In this document: in pieces, positions 9,530-19,303 of the stretch
Layout of the letters: each line of letters begins with the position of its first letter
Numbering within the stretch: position 1 is the stretch's first letter
Source: an uncultured Candidatus Saccharibacteria bacterium
GTDB lineage: Bacteria > Patescibacteriota > UBA1384 > XYA2-FULL-43-10 > 1-14-0-10-43-13
Direction: 5' to 3'
Length of the DNA: 32,000 nucleotides
NCBI GenBank assembly: GCA_964543385.1
Contig: CAZIYE010000001.1
Coordinates: 390,001 to 422,000 of the forward strand
Translations under genes and position numbers: made by a program
Notes under the pieces: model-generated
Told to the model about the DNA's origin: nothing
What the model saw: the letters and a program-made list of their open reading frames with translations, nothing else
Database searches by the model: none

Positions 9530-10942
9530 CTAATGAGTATTGCTGTCTATTTCGCTCTGAGGTGGTATTTTGGAGATTATCTGCTGTTGGCTCTTATCAA
9601 TATTTGTCCTTGTAAAAGGAAAAGTTATCGTGAATTGGCTGCCAGAATTTTCCATACTATCGACAAAAATCTCCCCCCTCATCTTTTCGACCATTTCTTT
9701 AGTTATCCAAAGCCCTAGTCCAGTACCAGGGATATCTCTGGTGGCATCTGTTTTGATCCTGTAGAATTTTGTAAATAAATTTTTCCGCGATTCTGGAGAC
9801 ATTCCGACACCAGTATCTTTTATAATTGTTTTTATCCTGTCTTTATCAATGACATGGTAAATATTCACGCTACCAGAAAGCGTATACTTTATTGCGTTAC
9901 CTATTATATTTGTCAATACTTCTCGCAATCGGTTTTGGTCTGCAGAAATCTCGATATCATTCATCGGCTCATACTTCAACTCTAGGTTCTTTTCTTGGGC
10001 CTGAATGGAAAGATTATCGACTACCTCGCCAACAAATTTACTCATATTTAGAGGTTCAAACTCAAATTGCAAACGACCTTGTTCTAGCCGCGAAACATTA
10101 AGTAGATCATTTACAAGATCATTTAGACGTGAAGCCTGTTTGTCAACAATACCAATATTCGCCCTTGCTTTCTCGTCAATTGAACCGCCGACACCATCTA
10201 CAATATTTGAAAGATACCCCCTGATTGCGGCTATTGGAGTCTTCAGTTCATGTGAAGCGATTGAAATAAAATCATCCTTCATTTGGTCTACTTCCTGAAG
10301 CTTTCTGACAAGCATTGCCCTTTCGAAGAAACGAAAATGATTTATCAACAAAAGCAAAATAATTATTATTGTAGCGATTAATACAATAAACGAACGTTCA
10401 AATGACTCCTGAACCAATTCGTCGATACTCTTCAATGACACTTTTGTGTCAATCAAACCCAACTTATTTTCCCCATTTGCTACTAAGTTAGTCACAGACC
10501 ACACTCGCATAGAAGAATTTGAACTATCGGCATAGCTACCTAGGATAGCTACAGGCTTATTTTCTTTCCAAGCAATATCCGACTGATAACCTTCTGCGAC
10601 CGTGTCTATCTTTTCCTTACTTGTGCTAGCCAAAACAACAAAGTTTTCTCCGTCTCTTGTTAGGATAGAGACCTCCATAACATCTTTAGCATTGACCTTA
10701 ATCTTCTCCAGCTTAGTCTGTGCTAATGTTTTATTAGAAAAAATTTCCGAATCAGCAACACTGGCGAATATTTCGTTCGCCAATACTGCTTTCTCGTGCA
10801 GCTCATTATCCATATTTTGCTTAGCAGATTGCCAAATCCAAAAAATATTTCCAACTAACAACGTCGGAATTAGGACAACGAGAAGGATAGAATACACGAG
10901 CTCAAACTTACTATTCGCCTTTTGACTCAGAATCGGTTTCAT
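9530..10942 (-). CDS. Membrane sensor histidine kinase
   Basis: Two TM segments flanking an extracellular region, 'MKDDFISIASHELKTPIAAIRGYLS' H-box, N-box 'NRLREVLTNIIGNAIKYT', 'DTGVGM', 'GTGLGLWIT'. Likely start MKPILSQKANSK (10942). Confidence 0.93.
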   Translation of the reverse strand: MKPILSQKANSKFELVYSILLVVLIPTLLVGNIFWIWQSAKQNMDNELHEKAVLANEIFASVADSEIFSNKTLAQTKLEKIKVNAKDVMEVSILTRDGENFVVLASTSKEKIDTVAEGYQSDIAWKENKPVAILGSYADSSNSSMRVWSVTNLVANGENKLGLIDTKVSLKSIDELVQESFERSFIVLIATIIIILLLLINHFRFFERAMLVRKLQEVDQMKDDFISIASHELKTPIAAIRGYLSNIVDGVGGSIDEKARANIGIVDKQASRLNDLVNDLLNVSRLEQGRLQFEFEPLNMSKFVGEVVDNLSIQAQEKNLELKYEPMNDIEISADQNRLREVLTNIIGNAIKYTLSGSVNIYHVIDKDRIKTIIKDTGVGMSPESRKNLFTKFYRIKTDATRDIPGTGLGLWITKEMVEKMRGEIFVDSMENSGSQFTITFPFTRTNIDKSQQQIISKIPPQSEIDSNTH

Positions 10943-12119
10943 CCGCCTCCACATATCTAAATTTACGCAAACCGAAAAACAAAATTGCCAGAACTGCCAA
11001 ACCAACAACGATAGTAACATAAACTATATAGTTTTTTATCATTCCGTAGAATGGATCATCTAAAACTATACCTTTGTTACCAGGGATATCCAACATTGAC
11101 GAAGCAGCTCGAGCCTTTGAAATAAAGAAGCTTTTTGCTTCAGTGCGTAGAATCTCTTTAGTTTGAGGGTCCTCAATCAACACGTAGCTCTCATGTTTCC
11201 CAGTATCAAGTGGTCTATCGAGTATGTATTGCCAATTGCCATTTTCGTCTGCCTTGACCGACACGACTATCGGATCGCTAAAAATATATAGATATATTAT
11301 AGAATTTGGCTTAGCTTTACCAGAAAAAGAAATTGCATCTTTTTTATTCGTACTATTAGCTGTATCAGCCGAGGACAACTCAATATTTTTGACACTTTCT
11401 ATGGTAACCATCGCTTGGTTATCAGACCTCATAACATTCGTGGACTTAATCTGCTCAATACTTTTGACGAACTTTTCGGGTAAGATCGTTGAATCAACAG
11501 CAACTTGACTGGAAGCTATTTGATCAGCATTAGGGCTTGAACTACTAGCTTGGTCACCAGATGTAGTTATGGGCGCCTCTGATTGTTGTATTGAGGGCTG
11601 CTTATAACCAGTCGGCTTTGGGTCTATAATATTGGATCCTGTTTTCGAAGCTATCGATGTATCAGTGGATAATCCAGTTGAGGTCTGTGAAACCGGAGTC
11701 TTTATAACATAGCTAACCATGTTGGATTGGCCAAAAACACTAGTTCCAGCATCAGCTACGGCGTAAGAGGTGTAATTACCCGGTGTGAAATTAGTGGTTG
11801 GCAACACAAGAAACCATGTTCCATCCGACATTCTAATGGGAATATTAATTCTTGTCTCACCATTATCACTCCTGCTATAAATAGTAACTGCCGTTAAGCC
11901 TAGAGGTGTTACTTTCATACTAATTCTACTGTCTTCAACCGAAATAGCCAGAATTGGTTTTGGCAAATTGGCATTCGCTAATGGAATAATTGCTGGATTA
12001 TTGCTTCCGACTGTTTGATCAATTAGGGCATTGGCCAAAGTACGATTAGCAACAAAAAAACCAGCTACCATCAAAAATAATATCGATAGCAAACCGAGCG
12101 CAAAATAGACCTTTTTCAT
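10911..12119 (-). CDS. Membrane-anchored protein with bacterial Ig-like domain, unknown function
   Basis: N-term TM/signal, 'ISFSGKAKPNSIIYLYIFSDPIVVSVKADENGNWQYILDRPLDTGKHESYV', C-terminal TM plus RKFRYVEAD tail. Confidence 0.75.
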   Translation of the reverse strand: MKKVYFALGLLSILFLMVAGFFVANRTLANALIDQTVGSNNPAIIPLANANLPKPILAISVEDSRISMKVTPLGLTAVTIYSRSDNGETRINIPIRMSDGTWFLVLPTTNFTPGNYTSYAVADAGTSVFGQSNMVSYVIKTPVSQTSTGLSTDTSIASKTGSNIIDPKPTGYKQPSIQQSEAPITTSGDQASSSSPNADQIASSQVAVDSTILPEKFVKSIEQIKSTNVMRSDNQAMVTIESVKNIELSSADTANSTNKKDAISFSGKAKPNSIIYLYIFSDPIVVSVKADENGNWQYILDRPLDTGKHESYVLIEDPQTKEILRTEAKSFFISKARAASSMLDIPGNKGIVLDDPFYGMIKNYIVYVTIVVGLAVLAILFFGLRKFRYVEADETDSESKGE

Positions 12120-12139
12120 CCCCTCCTGTTCTTTTTCTT

Positions 12140-13042
12140 TTAGTGTTCAAGATACATTTTAACAAATCTTTTTACTTCTGGGAAATCACCTAGCCAATTT
12201 ATCTCCGGAAAACGTTTAAACCATGTGATTTGACGACGAGCGAATTGATGAATTTTGTATTTAAGTTGCTGCTTCATTGCTTCTTGCGATTTATCAGTAC
12301 TATCATCAGCCAAATACTGTGTTATTTCTCGATATTCCAATCCTAAGTTTATCAACCATTCCTTACTCACACCTCGCTCCAAAAGTCCTGTAACCTCTTC
12401 TAGCATTCCAGCTTCAAACCTTTCATCAACCCGACGATCAATTCTTTCGTGAAGTTCTTTTCTATAAACCTCTATACCAATTTGAAGAACTTCAAAGTCA
12501 GGTTTTTTCTTGATTGGTTCTAGCCCTTCTTGAGCTAATTCAATAGCACGTATCAAGCGGTGATTATTTTTTTTATCAACCATTTCAAGCTTATCAGGAT
12601 CAATTTCATACAAAATTTTGCACAATTCGTCAGCAGATTTATTTTCAAGATCTTTTCTTAAGAAATTTATTTTTTGTTTCTTGTCTTTTGTTTTTTGTAA
12701 ATAAAATCCTTCTACTAATCCCTGAATATACAACCCTGTTCCTCCCACAATTATTGGTAGCTTTCCTCGATCACAAATATCATCTATTTTAGCTCTAGCC
12801 AAAGGCAAATAATCAAACAATGTCATCTTTTCTTCTGGTTCAACAATGTCAATCATATGGTATTTGACACCATCATATTCCGATAGATCTTTCCCTGTGC
12901 CTAAATCAAGCCCACAATAAACTTGGCGAGAGTCCGCAGAAATTATTTCTCCATCAAATTCCTTTGCTAATCTAACGCCAACAGTAGTTTTTCCGGATGC
13001 TGTTGGCCCGACAATGGCTACTACCTTCTTTCGATTGGTCAT
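12140..13042 (-). CDS. miaA: tRNA dimethylallyltransferase
   Basis: 'VVAIVGPTASGKTTVGVRLAKEFDGEIISADSRQVYCGLDLGTGK', 'PIIVGGTGLYIQGL', 'IHQFARRQITWFKR'. Confidence 0.97.
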   Translation of the reverse strand: MTNRKKVVAIVGPTASGKTTVGVRLAKEFDGEIISADSRQVYCGLDLGTGKDLSEYDGVKYHMIDIVEPEEKMTLFDYLPLARAKIDDICDRGKLPIIVGGTGLYIQGLVEGFYLQKTKDKKQKINFLRKDLENKSADELCKILYEIDPDKLEMVDKKNNHRLIRAIELAQEGLEPIKKKPDFEVLQIGIEVYRKELHERIDRRVDERFEAGMLEEVTGLLERGVSKEWLINLGLEYREITQYLADDSTDKSQEAMKQQLKYKIHQFARRQITWFKRFPEINWLGDFPEVKRFVKMYLEH

Positions 13043-13154
13043 CTCTTAATGTTCCTGCTTGATTTATTTGATCATTTGCTTATATAATTTATCTATAATA
13101 GTTACTCGCTTGGAGGGATTTTACCAAATTTTGGATAAAAAATCTATTTTGCTT

Positions 13155-13862
13155 ATGATCAGCATTGATAAACTTACAAAAAAATACGAAGGACAGACCA
13201 TTGTCGATAATATTAGCCTAAAGATTAACAAAGGCTCTATCTTCGGTTTTTTGGGCCCAAATGGCGCCGGCAAAACCACTACAGTCAAAATGATCGTAGG
13301 TCTTTCTTGCCCGTCCAGTGGGAAAATTGAATTGGATAGCAAAAAAATAAATCTTGGGCAAATTGGCTATATGCCGGAAGATCCTTATTTTTATGATCGC
13401 TTAACAGCTGCAGAGTTTCTCAATTTTGTTAAAAGTCTTTTTCCTAATCAAAAAACAACATTAAAAACAAAGGAATGTCTAGAAATGGTTGGGCTAGAAA
13501 AATCAGGAAACAAACAAATATATAATTTTTCAAAAGGCATGAAACAGCGCCTAGGACTCGCCCAAGCAATTATTAATGACCCGGAATATCTTTTCCTAGA
13601 TGAGCCTCTCGATGGACTTGACCCGATCGGAAGATTGGAGTTCAAAAAAATAATCTTGAGTTTAAAGAAACAGGGCAAAACAATATTTTTTAATTCTCAT
13701 GTTCTTTCCGACGTCGAAGAAATCTGTGATGCAATAGGAATACTAAACCATGGCAAATTAATCTACTCAGGATCTATCAAAGATTTTTCCGGCAAAGAAT
13801 CGCTAGAAAAAAAGTTCGTTGAGATAATAACCAAACAGACAATTTCGCAGAACAATGAATAA
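13155..13862 (+). CDS. ABC transporter ATP-binding protein
   Basis: Walker A 'GPNGAGKTTTVKMIVGL', signature 'FSKGMKQRLGLAQAII', Walker B 'YLFLDEPLDGLDP'. Start taken as MISIDKLTKKYEG. Confidence 0.95.
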   Translation: MISIDKLTKKYEGQTIVDNISLKINKGSIFGFLGPNGAGKTTTVKMIVGLSCPSSGKIELDSKKINLGQIGYMPEDPYFYDRLTAAEFLNFVKSLFPNQKTTLKTKECLEMVGLEKSGNKQIYNFSKGMKQRLGLAQAIINDPEYLFLDEPLDGLDPIGRLEFKKIILSLKKQGKTIFFNSHVLSDVEEICDAIGILNHGKLIYSGSIKDFSGKESLEKKFVEIITKQTISQNNE

Positions 13863-14352
13863 AAAAATAAAATTAAAAATTGGTGTCATTATAGAAGATG
13901 ACAATGGCAGGATTTTCCTTCAAAAAGAAAAGTTCTCTAGGAATCTAGTTCATAAATGGAATATTATTACCGGCAGTTTCGAAGAAAAAGACAATTGCAT
14001 GCCAGATACAGCGATTAGAGAATGCAAGGAAGAGGCCAATCTTGATATCAAATTGACAGGAATATTTCAGGTATTAACTATCAACAAATCTGGTGGCTAT
14101 AAGATATATGTAATTTTTACAGCTAAACCCTTAAGTGGCCACGCGTTGTCACACCAGTCACTCCAAGAAAAGTTTGGAGAGAGCATAATCGAACAAAAGT
14201 GGTTTACAAAAGAAGAGATCGCAAACATAAATAAGAGCGATTTTGTGACAAGTTCTTTAGCCGCAACAATCAGCCAATATGCTTCGAGCGACCATGCCAC
14301 GATAATGCCTCTCCTCAACTTACAACATTTTGAGGGGGAGTGTTACAATTAG
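13855..14352 (+). CDS. Nudix hydrolase
   Basis: Nudix box 'GSFEEKDNCMPDTAIRECKEEANLDI'; start codon overlaps the ABC ATPase stop. Confidence 0.85.
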   Translation: MNKKIKLKIGVIIEDDNGRIFLQKEKFSRNLVHKWNIITGSFEEKDNCMPDTAIRECKEEANLDIKLTGIFQVLTINKSGGYKIYVIFTAKPLSGHALSHQSLQEKFGESIIEQKWFTKEEIANINKSDFVTSSLAATISQYASSDHATIMPLLNLQHFEGECYN

Positions 14353-14385
14353 AATCGTAATATTTATCAGTTTATACACCAATTT

Positions 14386-15150
14386 ATGAATAACATCATT
14401 TCTATCGCTAAAAATACCTTTAAAGAAACTGTCCGAGATAGGATTCTTTATGGCATAGTGGCATTTGCTCTGCTTTTTCTGGTTTCGACGATATTTATCA
14501 GCTCGCTTTCCCTTGGGGAAGATATCAAGGTAACAAAAGACCTTGGTCTAGCAGGGATCTACATATTTAGTATTATAATTACTATTTTCTTAGGATCTTC
14601 TCTCATTCATAAAGAACTAGAGAAGAGAACTATCTATATTGTCCTTTCTAAACCTGTCTCTTCTCTAGAATTTATTCTAGGTAAATTTCTAGGCTTATTC
14701 ACTAGTATAAACCTTAACCTTTTGCTAATGACAATTGCATACCTTGCATTAGTAGCTTACAAAGGCGGAGGTTTCGATTATATGTCCCTTTTCTCTATAC
14801 TTCTTCTGATGTTTGAACTTGCGATTTTTGTAGCCCTAACTCTCCTCTTCTCTGTATTTACAACTCCACTTGCAAGCATGATATATTCGATGATAATTCT
14901 CTATGCTGGACACTCACTATCAATGCTGACAAAAACAGCTGAAAAATCTGGAAATTTATTTGCAAAAACTTTATCTTACGCGGCATATTACGGATTTCCC
15001 AATCTTGAGAAATTCAACATTCGCAATTCTGTTGTGTACGGCATGACTCCAGATGCGAGTCAGATCATATTTCCTATTTTATATTCAACTATCCTTATCA
15101 CAATTTTGCTATGGCTAGCTACCATAGCAATTAAGAAACAAGATCTATAA
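14386..15150 (+). CDS. ABC-2 type transporter permease
   Basis: 'MNNIISIAKNTFKETVRDRILYGIV...EKRTIYIVLSKPVSSLEFILGKFLGL' with several TMs; adjacent to the ATPase. Confidence 0.88.
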   Translation: MNNIISIAKNTFKETVRDRILYGIVAFALLFLVSTIFISSLSLGEDIKVTKDLGLAGIYIFSIIITIFLGSSLIHKELEKRTIYIVLSKPVSSLEFILGKFLGLFTSINLNLLLMTIAYLALVAYKGGGFDYMSLFSILLLMFELAIFVALTLLFSVFTTPLASMIYSMIILYAGHSLSMLTKTAEKSGNLFAKTLSYAAYYGFPNLEKFNIRNSVVYGMTPDASQIIFPILYSTILITILLWLATIAIKKQDL

Positions 15151-15151
15151 A

Positions 15152-15946
15152 ATGGCCAAAAGAATATATTTAACAGCTGTTTTTTCATTACTCGCCGCAG
15201 GATTATTCACAACCCAATACTTTTTTGATCAGAATAAAAAAAGGCAAATTCCGATAGAACCAATCGTTTTGAGCTCAGAAATCATTAAGATTGTAGATCT
15301 GGGTTTACACAATGCAGCAGCCGATTTTGCCTGGTTGTCAGCAATTCAGTATTTTGGTGGACCATCAAAAAGTAATTACGAAAAAATAGATGATTATTTA
15401 TATCTCGCTTCAGATTTAGATCCCAAATTTGCATATCCCTATGCATTTAGTTCGATAGTGCTACCATCAGTCAACCAGACAGACAAAGCTATTGAATTGG
15501 CAAAGAAGGGCATTGCCGAGGCTACACCAGATTGGCGCATCCCCTATTTTTTAGCAACCACCTATCATATAGATAAAGAAGATAGCAAAAATGCATCCTA
15601 TTATTTTGATCTTGCCGCTCATACAAAAGGGGCGCCAGAGGGAGCAAGGAAAGTTGCTGCAACATATGGATCACGTCCAGACATTAGAGACCAAACAAAA
15701 CAAATTTGGCTTGGTATATATGAAAGTTCAAATGATGAGATAGTAAAAGAAAGAGCCAAGAATTATATTATCCATTTCGAAATACTTTCTTTTCTAGAAG
15801 AAGCAGCCAGACAATACAAAAAGCAATTCCAGAAATTCCCAGTAACACCCGAGGAAATGATCCCGTCAATTCTTAAAAATGTTCCTAACGATCCTTTAGG
15901 TCTGCAGATCAAATTCGACGAAAACGGTCGGGCAGTGATAAAATAA
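15152..15946 (+). CDS. N-terminally anchored TPR-like protein, unknown function
   Basis: Signal/TM start, 'AAADFAWLSAIQYFGG...YLYLASDLDPKFAYPYAFSSIVLPSVNQTDKAIELAKKGI' helical-repeat character. Confidence 0.7.
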   Translation: MAKRIYLTAVFSLLAAGLFTTQYFFDQNKKRQIPIEPIVLSSEIIKIVDLGLHNAAADFAWLSAIQYFGGPSKSNYEKIDDYLYLASDLDPKFAYPYAFSSIVLPSVNQTDKAIELAKKGIAEATPDWRIPYFLATTYHIDKEDSKNASYYFDLAAHTKGAPEGARKVAATYGSRPDIRDQTKQIWLGIYESSNDEIVKERAKNYIIHFEILSFLEEAARQYKKQFQKFPVTPEEMIPSILKNVPNDPLGLQIKFDENGRAVIK

Positions 15947-15984
15947 GAGAATAAAAATTATACTAGAAAGTAGAGGTTCAAAGA

Positions 15985-17727
15985 ATGCATAAAGGAGAAT
16001 CTATATCAAAAATTATTTTCTCGGTTATTGCTACATTATTTTTTATTTATCCAACATCTATACAAGCGCGTGATACTTCTAAAATTACCGATTGGTATAT
16101 AAAGGATTTCAAAAGTAAAATTATCGTCAACAGAGATTCCAGCCTCGATATTACGGAAGAAATTACCGCTGATTGTGGAAATTTGCCTGATAAACACGGA
16201 ATCTTTAGAAGCCTCCCGGCCTATTACCAGAGAACAATGAATGAAGAGGTGAAAACACCTATTAAACTTTTAGGTATAACTGGATCTGAAGGACAGTCAA
16301 TTGAATATTCGACAATAAAAAATAACAATTCTATCACCTGGAAAATCGGTGACACAAATAAAACAGTTACCGGTGAAAATACCTATATCATCAGATATAA
16401 AGTAAAAAATACTATTCGTTTTGCAGACAGCGGGGACTTCGATGAACTTTATTGGAACTTAAATGGCAATTTCTGGCAGATTGAGACCGATAAGTTCATC
16501 GGCACTATAAAATTTCCCCAAGAAATAACAAAAGACAATACAACTATTTCCTCTTATTCTGGTAAAACGGGTATAAACAGCAATAATCTTGCATCTTATT
16601 CATGGATCGATAAAAATACTCTACAAGTTACCTCCAAGACAATTCTAAAAGCAGGAGAAGGCATAACCGCTTCAATCACATTCCCCAAAAATATTATCTC
16701 GCCCTACACACCTCCGTTTATGGAAAAATACGGCTTCTTCATCTTTTTACTTTTTCCACTTTTGGTTTTCGTCTTCGCATTTCGATATTGGTCAAAATAT
16801 GGCAAAGATCCTAGGCTAGACAATCCAGAAATGGCTCAATACGATCCACCTGAGAAGATGACACCTCTTGAAATCGGTATGATAATCTCAAACGGCAGAT
16901 TTGACGCCAAATTCGTCTCTGCTTGCATCGTCGACTTAGCCGTCAGGAAATTTATCGTCATCGAAGAAGTAACCAAGAAAGGGATGTTTGGCAAAAAAGA
17001 TTTCCTCCTTCGCCGGCTCAATGACCAAGAAACCAATTTAACAGAGGCAGAGAAAGAATTAATGACAGATTTATTCGTCGGCGAAAAAGCAGTCAGAATA
17101 TCTGATCTGCAGAACAAATTCTACTTGAGTCTGCCTAAAATCTCTAAAAAGGTTATGGATAAATTTTACTCAGAAGCCATCTTTGATCAAAAAGCCCAAT
17201 CAAAGATGACAACTTTACTTGTGATTGGATTTATTCTCCTGGCAATTGGTGGATATATCGCCTCCTTCAATCTGATACTTGGAATAAATATAATGCTAGG
17301 CGCTATTATAACGATCATTTTCGGTATCCTCATGCCCAGACGTACCGAAAAGGGCGCCGATCTCCTCTGGAAAGCCCAGGGCTTTCGACTATTTATCAAG
17401 ATGACTGAGAAATATCGCCAAGAGTTCAATGAGAAGGAAAACATTTTCGAAAAATTCCTGCCCTACGCCATGGTCTTCGGACTTGTCTCGGTCTGGGTCA
17501 ACAATATGAAAAAGATTTATGGCGAACAATACTTCGCGACCTACCACCCCTACTGGTACACCGGCCATACCTTTGCCAATTTCGACGCCAACAAATTCAA
17601 TTCAATGATCTCAGATCTCTCAAACAACATGGCAACAACAATGGCATCAAATCCCTCATCCTCAGGCAGTGGTGGTGGTGGCTTCTCCGGTGGCGGAGGG
17701 GGCGGAGGGGGCGGTGGCGGTTGGTAA
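15985..17727 (+). CDS. DUF2207-type predicted membrane protein
   Basis: Signal peptide; 'WYIKDFKSKIIVNRDSSLDITEEITADCG'; TM segments; 'YDPPEKMTPLEIGMIISNGRFDAKFVSACIVDLAVRKFIVIEE'; C-terminal 'GGGGFSGGGGGGGGGGGW'. Confidence 0.88.
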   Translation: MHKGESISKIIFSVIATLFFIYPTSIQARDTSKITDWYIKDFKSKIIVNRDSSLDITEEITADCGNLPDKHGIFRSLPAYYQRTMNEEVKTPIKLLGITGSEGQSIEYSTIKNNNSITWKIGDTNKTVTGENTYIIRYKVKNTIRFADSGDFDELYWNLNGNFWQIETDKFIGTIKFPQEITKDNTTISSYSGKTGINSNNLASYSWIDKNTLQVTSKTILKAGEGITASITFPKNIISPYTPPFMEKYGFFIFLLFPLLVFVFAFRYWSKYGKDPRLDNPEMAQYDPPEKMTPLEIGMIISNGRFDAKFVSACIVDLAVRKFIVIEEVTKKGMFGKKDFLLRRLNDQETNLTEAEKELMTDLFVGEKAVRISDLQNKFYLSLPKISKKVMDKFYSEAIFDQKAQSKMTTLLVIGFILLAIGGYIASFNLILGINIMLGAIITIIFGILMPRRTEKGADLLWKAQGFRLFIKMTEKYRQEFNEKENIFEKFLPYAMVFGLVSVWVNNMKKIYGEQYFATYHPYWYTGHTFANFDANKFNSMISDLSNNMATTMASNPSSSGSGGGGFSGGGGGGGGGGGW

Positions 17728-17740
17728 AATATTTATAACG

Positions 17741-17777
17741 AAAAAAGGCAGACGGAAAGACCATCTGCCTTTTTTTA
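17741..17777. terminator. Bidirectional intrinsic terminator
   Basis: AAAAAAGGCAGACGGAAAGACCATCTGCCTTTTTTT between convergent genes. Confidence 0.8.
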
Positions 17778-17787
17778 ATAGAAAATC

Positions 17788-18135
17788 TTATGCTTGAGAA
17801 ACGACAGACTCAGAATATTTTGAATCATCGAAAGCAATTATTGGATAGCCAATAAAACTAAACAATCCGAGAAAAAAGAAACCGAAGGCAGCGCTCTTGC
17901 CGAACCGCTTTGCCAGCTCAATTGCGATGATAAATGCTATCACGATATTGACAATTGGCACTAACAATAGGATGAACCACCAGACAGGTTTGTTAACAAT
18001 CTGCAATTGAACGATAATATTGTAGATTGGTATAATACTTGCCCAACCAGCCTTCCCTGCTTTTAAAAACATTTTCCACAGTGACACAATCATTAACACA
18101 CCCACTAATATCCCTACCCACATCGAACCGTCCAT
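17788..18135 (-). CDS. DUF5684-like small membrane protein
   Basis: 'KAGKAGWASIIPIYNIIVQLQIVNKPVWWFILLLVPIVNIVIAFIIAIELAKRFGKSAAFGFF' pattern. Confidence 0.65.
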   Translation of the reverse strand: MDGSMWVGILVGVLMIVSLWKMFLKAGKAGWASIIPIYNIIVQLQIVNKPVWWFILLLVPIVNIVIAFIIAIELAKRFGKSAAFGFFFLGLFSFIGYPIIAFDDSKYSESVVSQA

Positions 18136-18165
18136 AATCCTCCATTTTACTAATTATATATAAAA

Positions 18166-18369
18166 TTATTCTTTATTTGGAAAACTGAAACGAGCTATTT
18201 TTTCTGCAAATATAATTAGTAATGCACCTAAAATTAAAGCAACTACTCCATATAGAGGCTTCGCCCAGATATAGAGCACCCAAGAAAGTCCGACTAGCAA
18301 TACACCACCTATGTAATTTCGTATTTTATCAATTTTGTAGGCAATGTTATCAGACTTTTTACTTTTCAT
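18166..18369 (-). CDS. Small hypothetical membrane protein (67 aa)
   Basis: Two hydrophobic segments; same-strand neighbourhood. Confidence 0.5.
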   Translation of the reverse strand: MKSKKSDNIAYKIDKIRNYIGGVLLVGLSWVLYIWAKPLYGVVALILGALLIIFAEKIARFSFPNKE

Positions 18370-18417
18370 TTTTCCTTTACTGAATTAAATATTAATAATA
18401 AACGAATAATAATAGAT

Positions 18418-19008
18418 CTATCCCCTTGTCCGCTCAAACAAAGCGATTACCACTCCAGAAAAAGCAATCAGGGTCTTTTCTTCTTCTGACAAATCCCTCA
18501 GATTATCTATTCCAAAATTGCTTTCAAAAAATGATCTCTTCTTAGTTACCCTAGCTACATCCTGTCCATCATTATCAATTATCTTAAATTTAGGGTTAAG
18601 GAAAAGCCCACAAAATATGCCAACAAGTGGTATTTCGCCTACTAATGCATCAACAAACTTTATTATTGGATTCTCTTCAATAATTTTATATTTAACATTA
18701 CCATCAATAATAATCTCCCATTGACCCTTAATCAGAGATTTCCATCCTGAGCGCTTCAAAGATACAATTGCCCTACCATTGCTGTCAGATATATCTAGCC
18801 GTGGTGAAAAATCGATTATCCTATCTGCATTGATCTGATAGAGCTCTTTTCCCTTTTGACGATTATTATAAATAATAATTTTTTCCTTAAGCTTCCAATA
18901 TTGCTTATAGATATAAAACAACTCTTTACCATCTTTGTCAGAAAGATAAACTTGGGGAACAAAAGCCAATATTTTAAATTTTAGATTCAATGGGAATTCC
19001 ATAAACAC
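18418..19008 (-). CDS. LURP-one-related / scramblase-fold-like protein (tentative)
   Basis: Repeating beta pattern 'LNLKFKILAFVPQVYLSDKDGKELFYIYKQYWKLKEKIIIYNNRQKGKELYQIN...' and 'NPKFKIIDNDGQDVARVTKKRSF'. Confidence 0.45.
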   Translation of the reverse strand: MFMEFPLNLKFKILAFVPQVYLSDKDGKELFYIYKQYWKLKEKIIIYNNRQKGKELYQINADRIIDFSPRLDISDSNGRAIVSLKRSGWKSLIKGQWEIIIDGNVKYKIIEENPIIKFVDALVGEIPLVGIFCGLFLNPKFKIIDNDGQDVARVTKKRSFFESNFGIDNLRDLSEEEKTLIAFSGVVIALFERTRG

Positions 19009-19093
19009 CTTTTTTTATTTATTAAATTATTATAGCAATTTACCATTATAGCTTACAAATAAAAAATACTATCTTGCGATAGCATCCTTTATT

Positions 19094-19177
19094 TGGTGCC
19101 CGGGAGAGGACTCGAACCTCCACGGCTTGCGCCACCAGTTCCTAAGACTGGCGTGTATACCATTTCACCACCCGGGC
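19094..19177 (-). tRNA. tRNA-Leu (anticodon TAG), CCA encoded
   Basis: GCCCGGG...CCCGGGC acceptor stem, anticodon loop CTTAGGA, variable arm, T-arm GGTTCGAGTCC, 3' ACCA. Confidence 0.95.
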
Positions 19178-19303
19178 AATGACAGGATTATATTATAAAT
19201 TCCCTGTTTTTTCAAGACGAAACCACTCGCCTATCTTAACCATTGCCTAAATAATCTATTTTCGGTATCATGATGCAGATCATTAATAAAACAAAAAACA
19301 ACT

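Noticed and set aside
17670-17727. Poly-Gly stretch as a novel repeat element
   Set aside because: Gly-rich C-terminal tails ending in GGGGGGW are a known feature of DUF2207/TPM-like membrane proteins.
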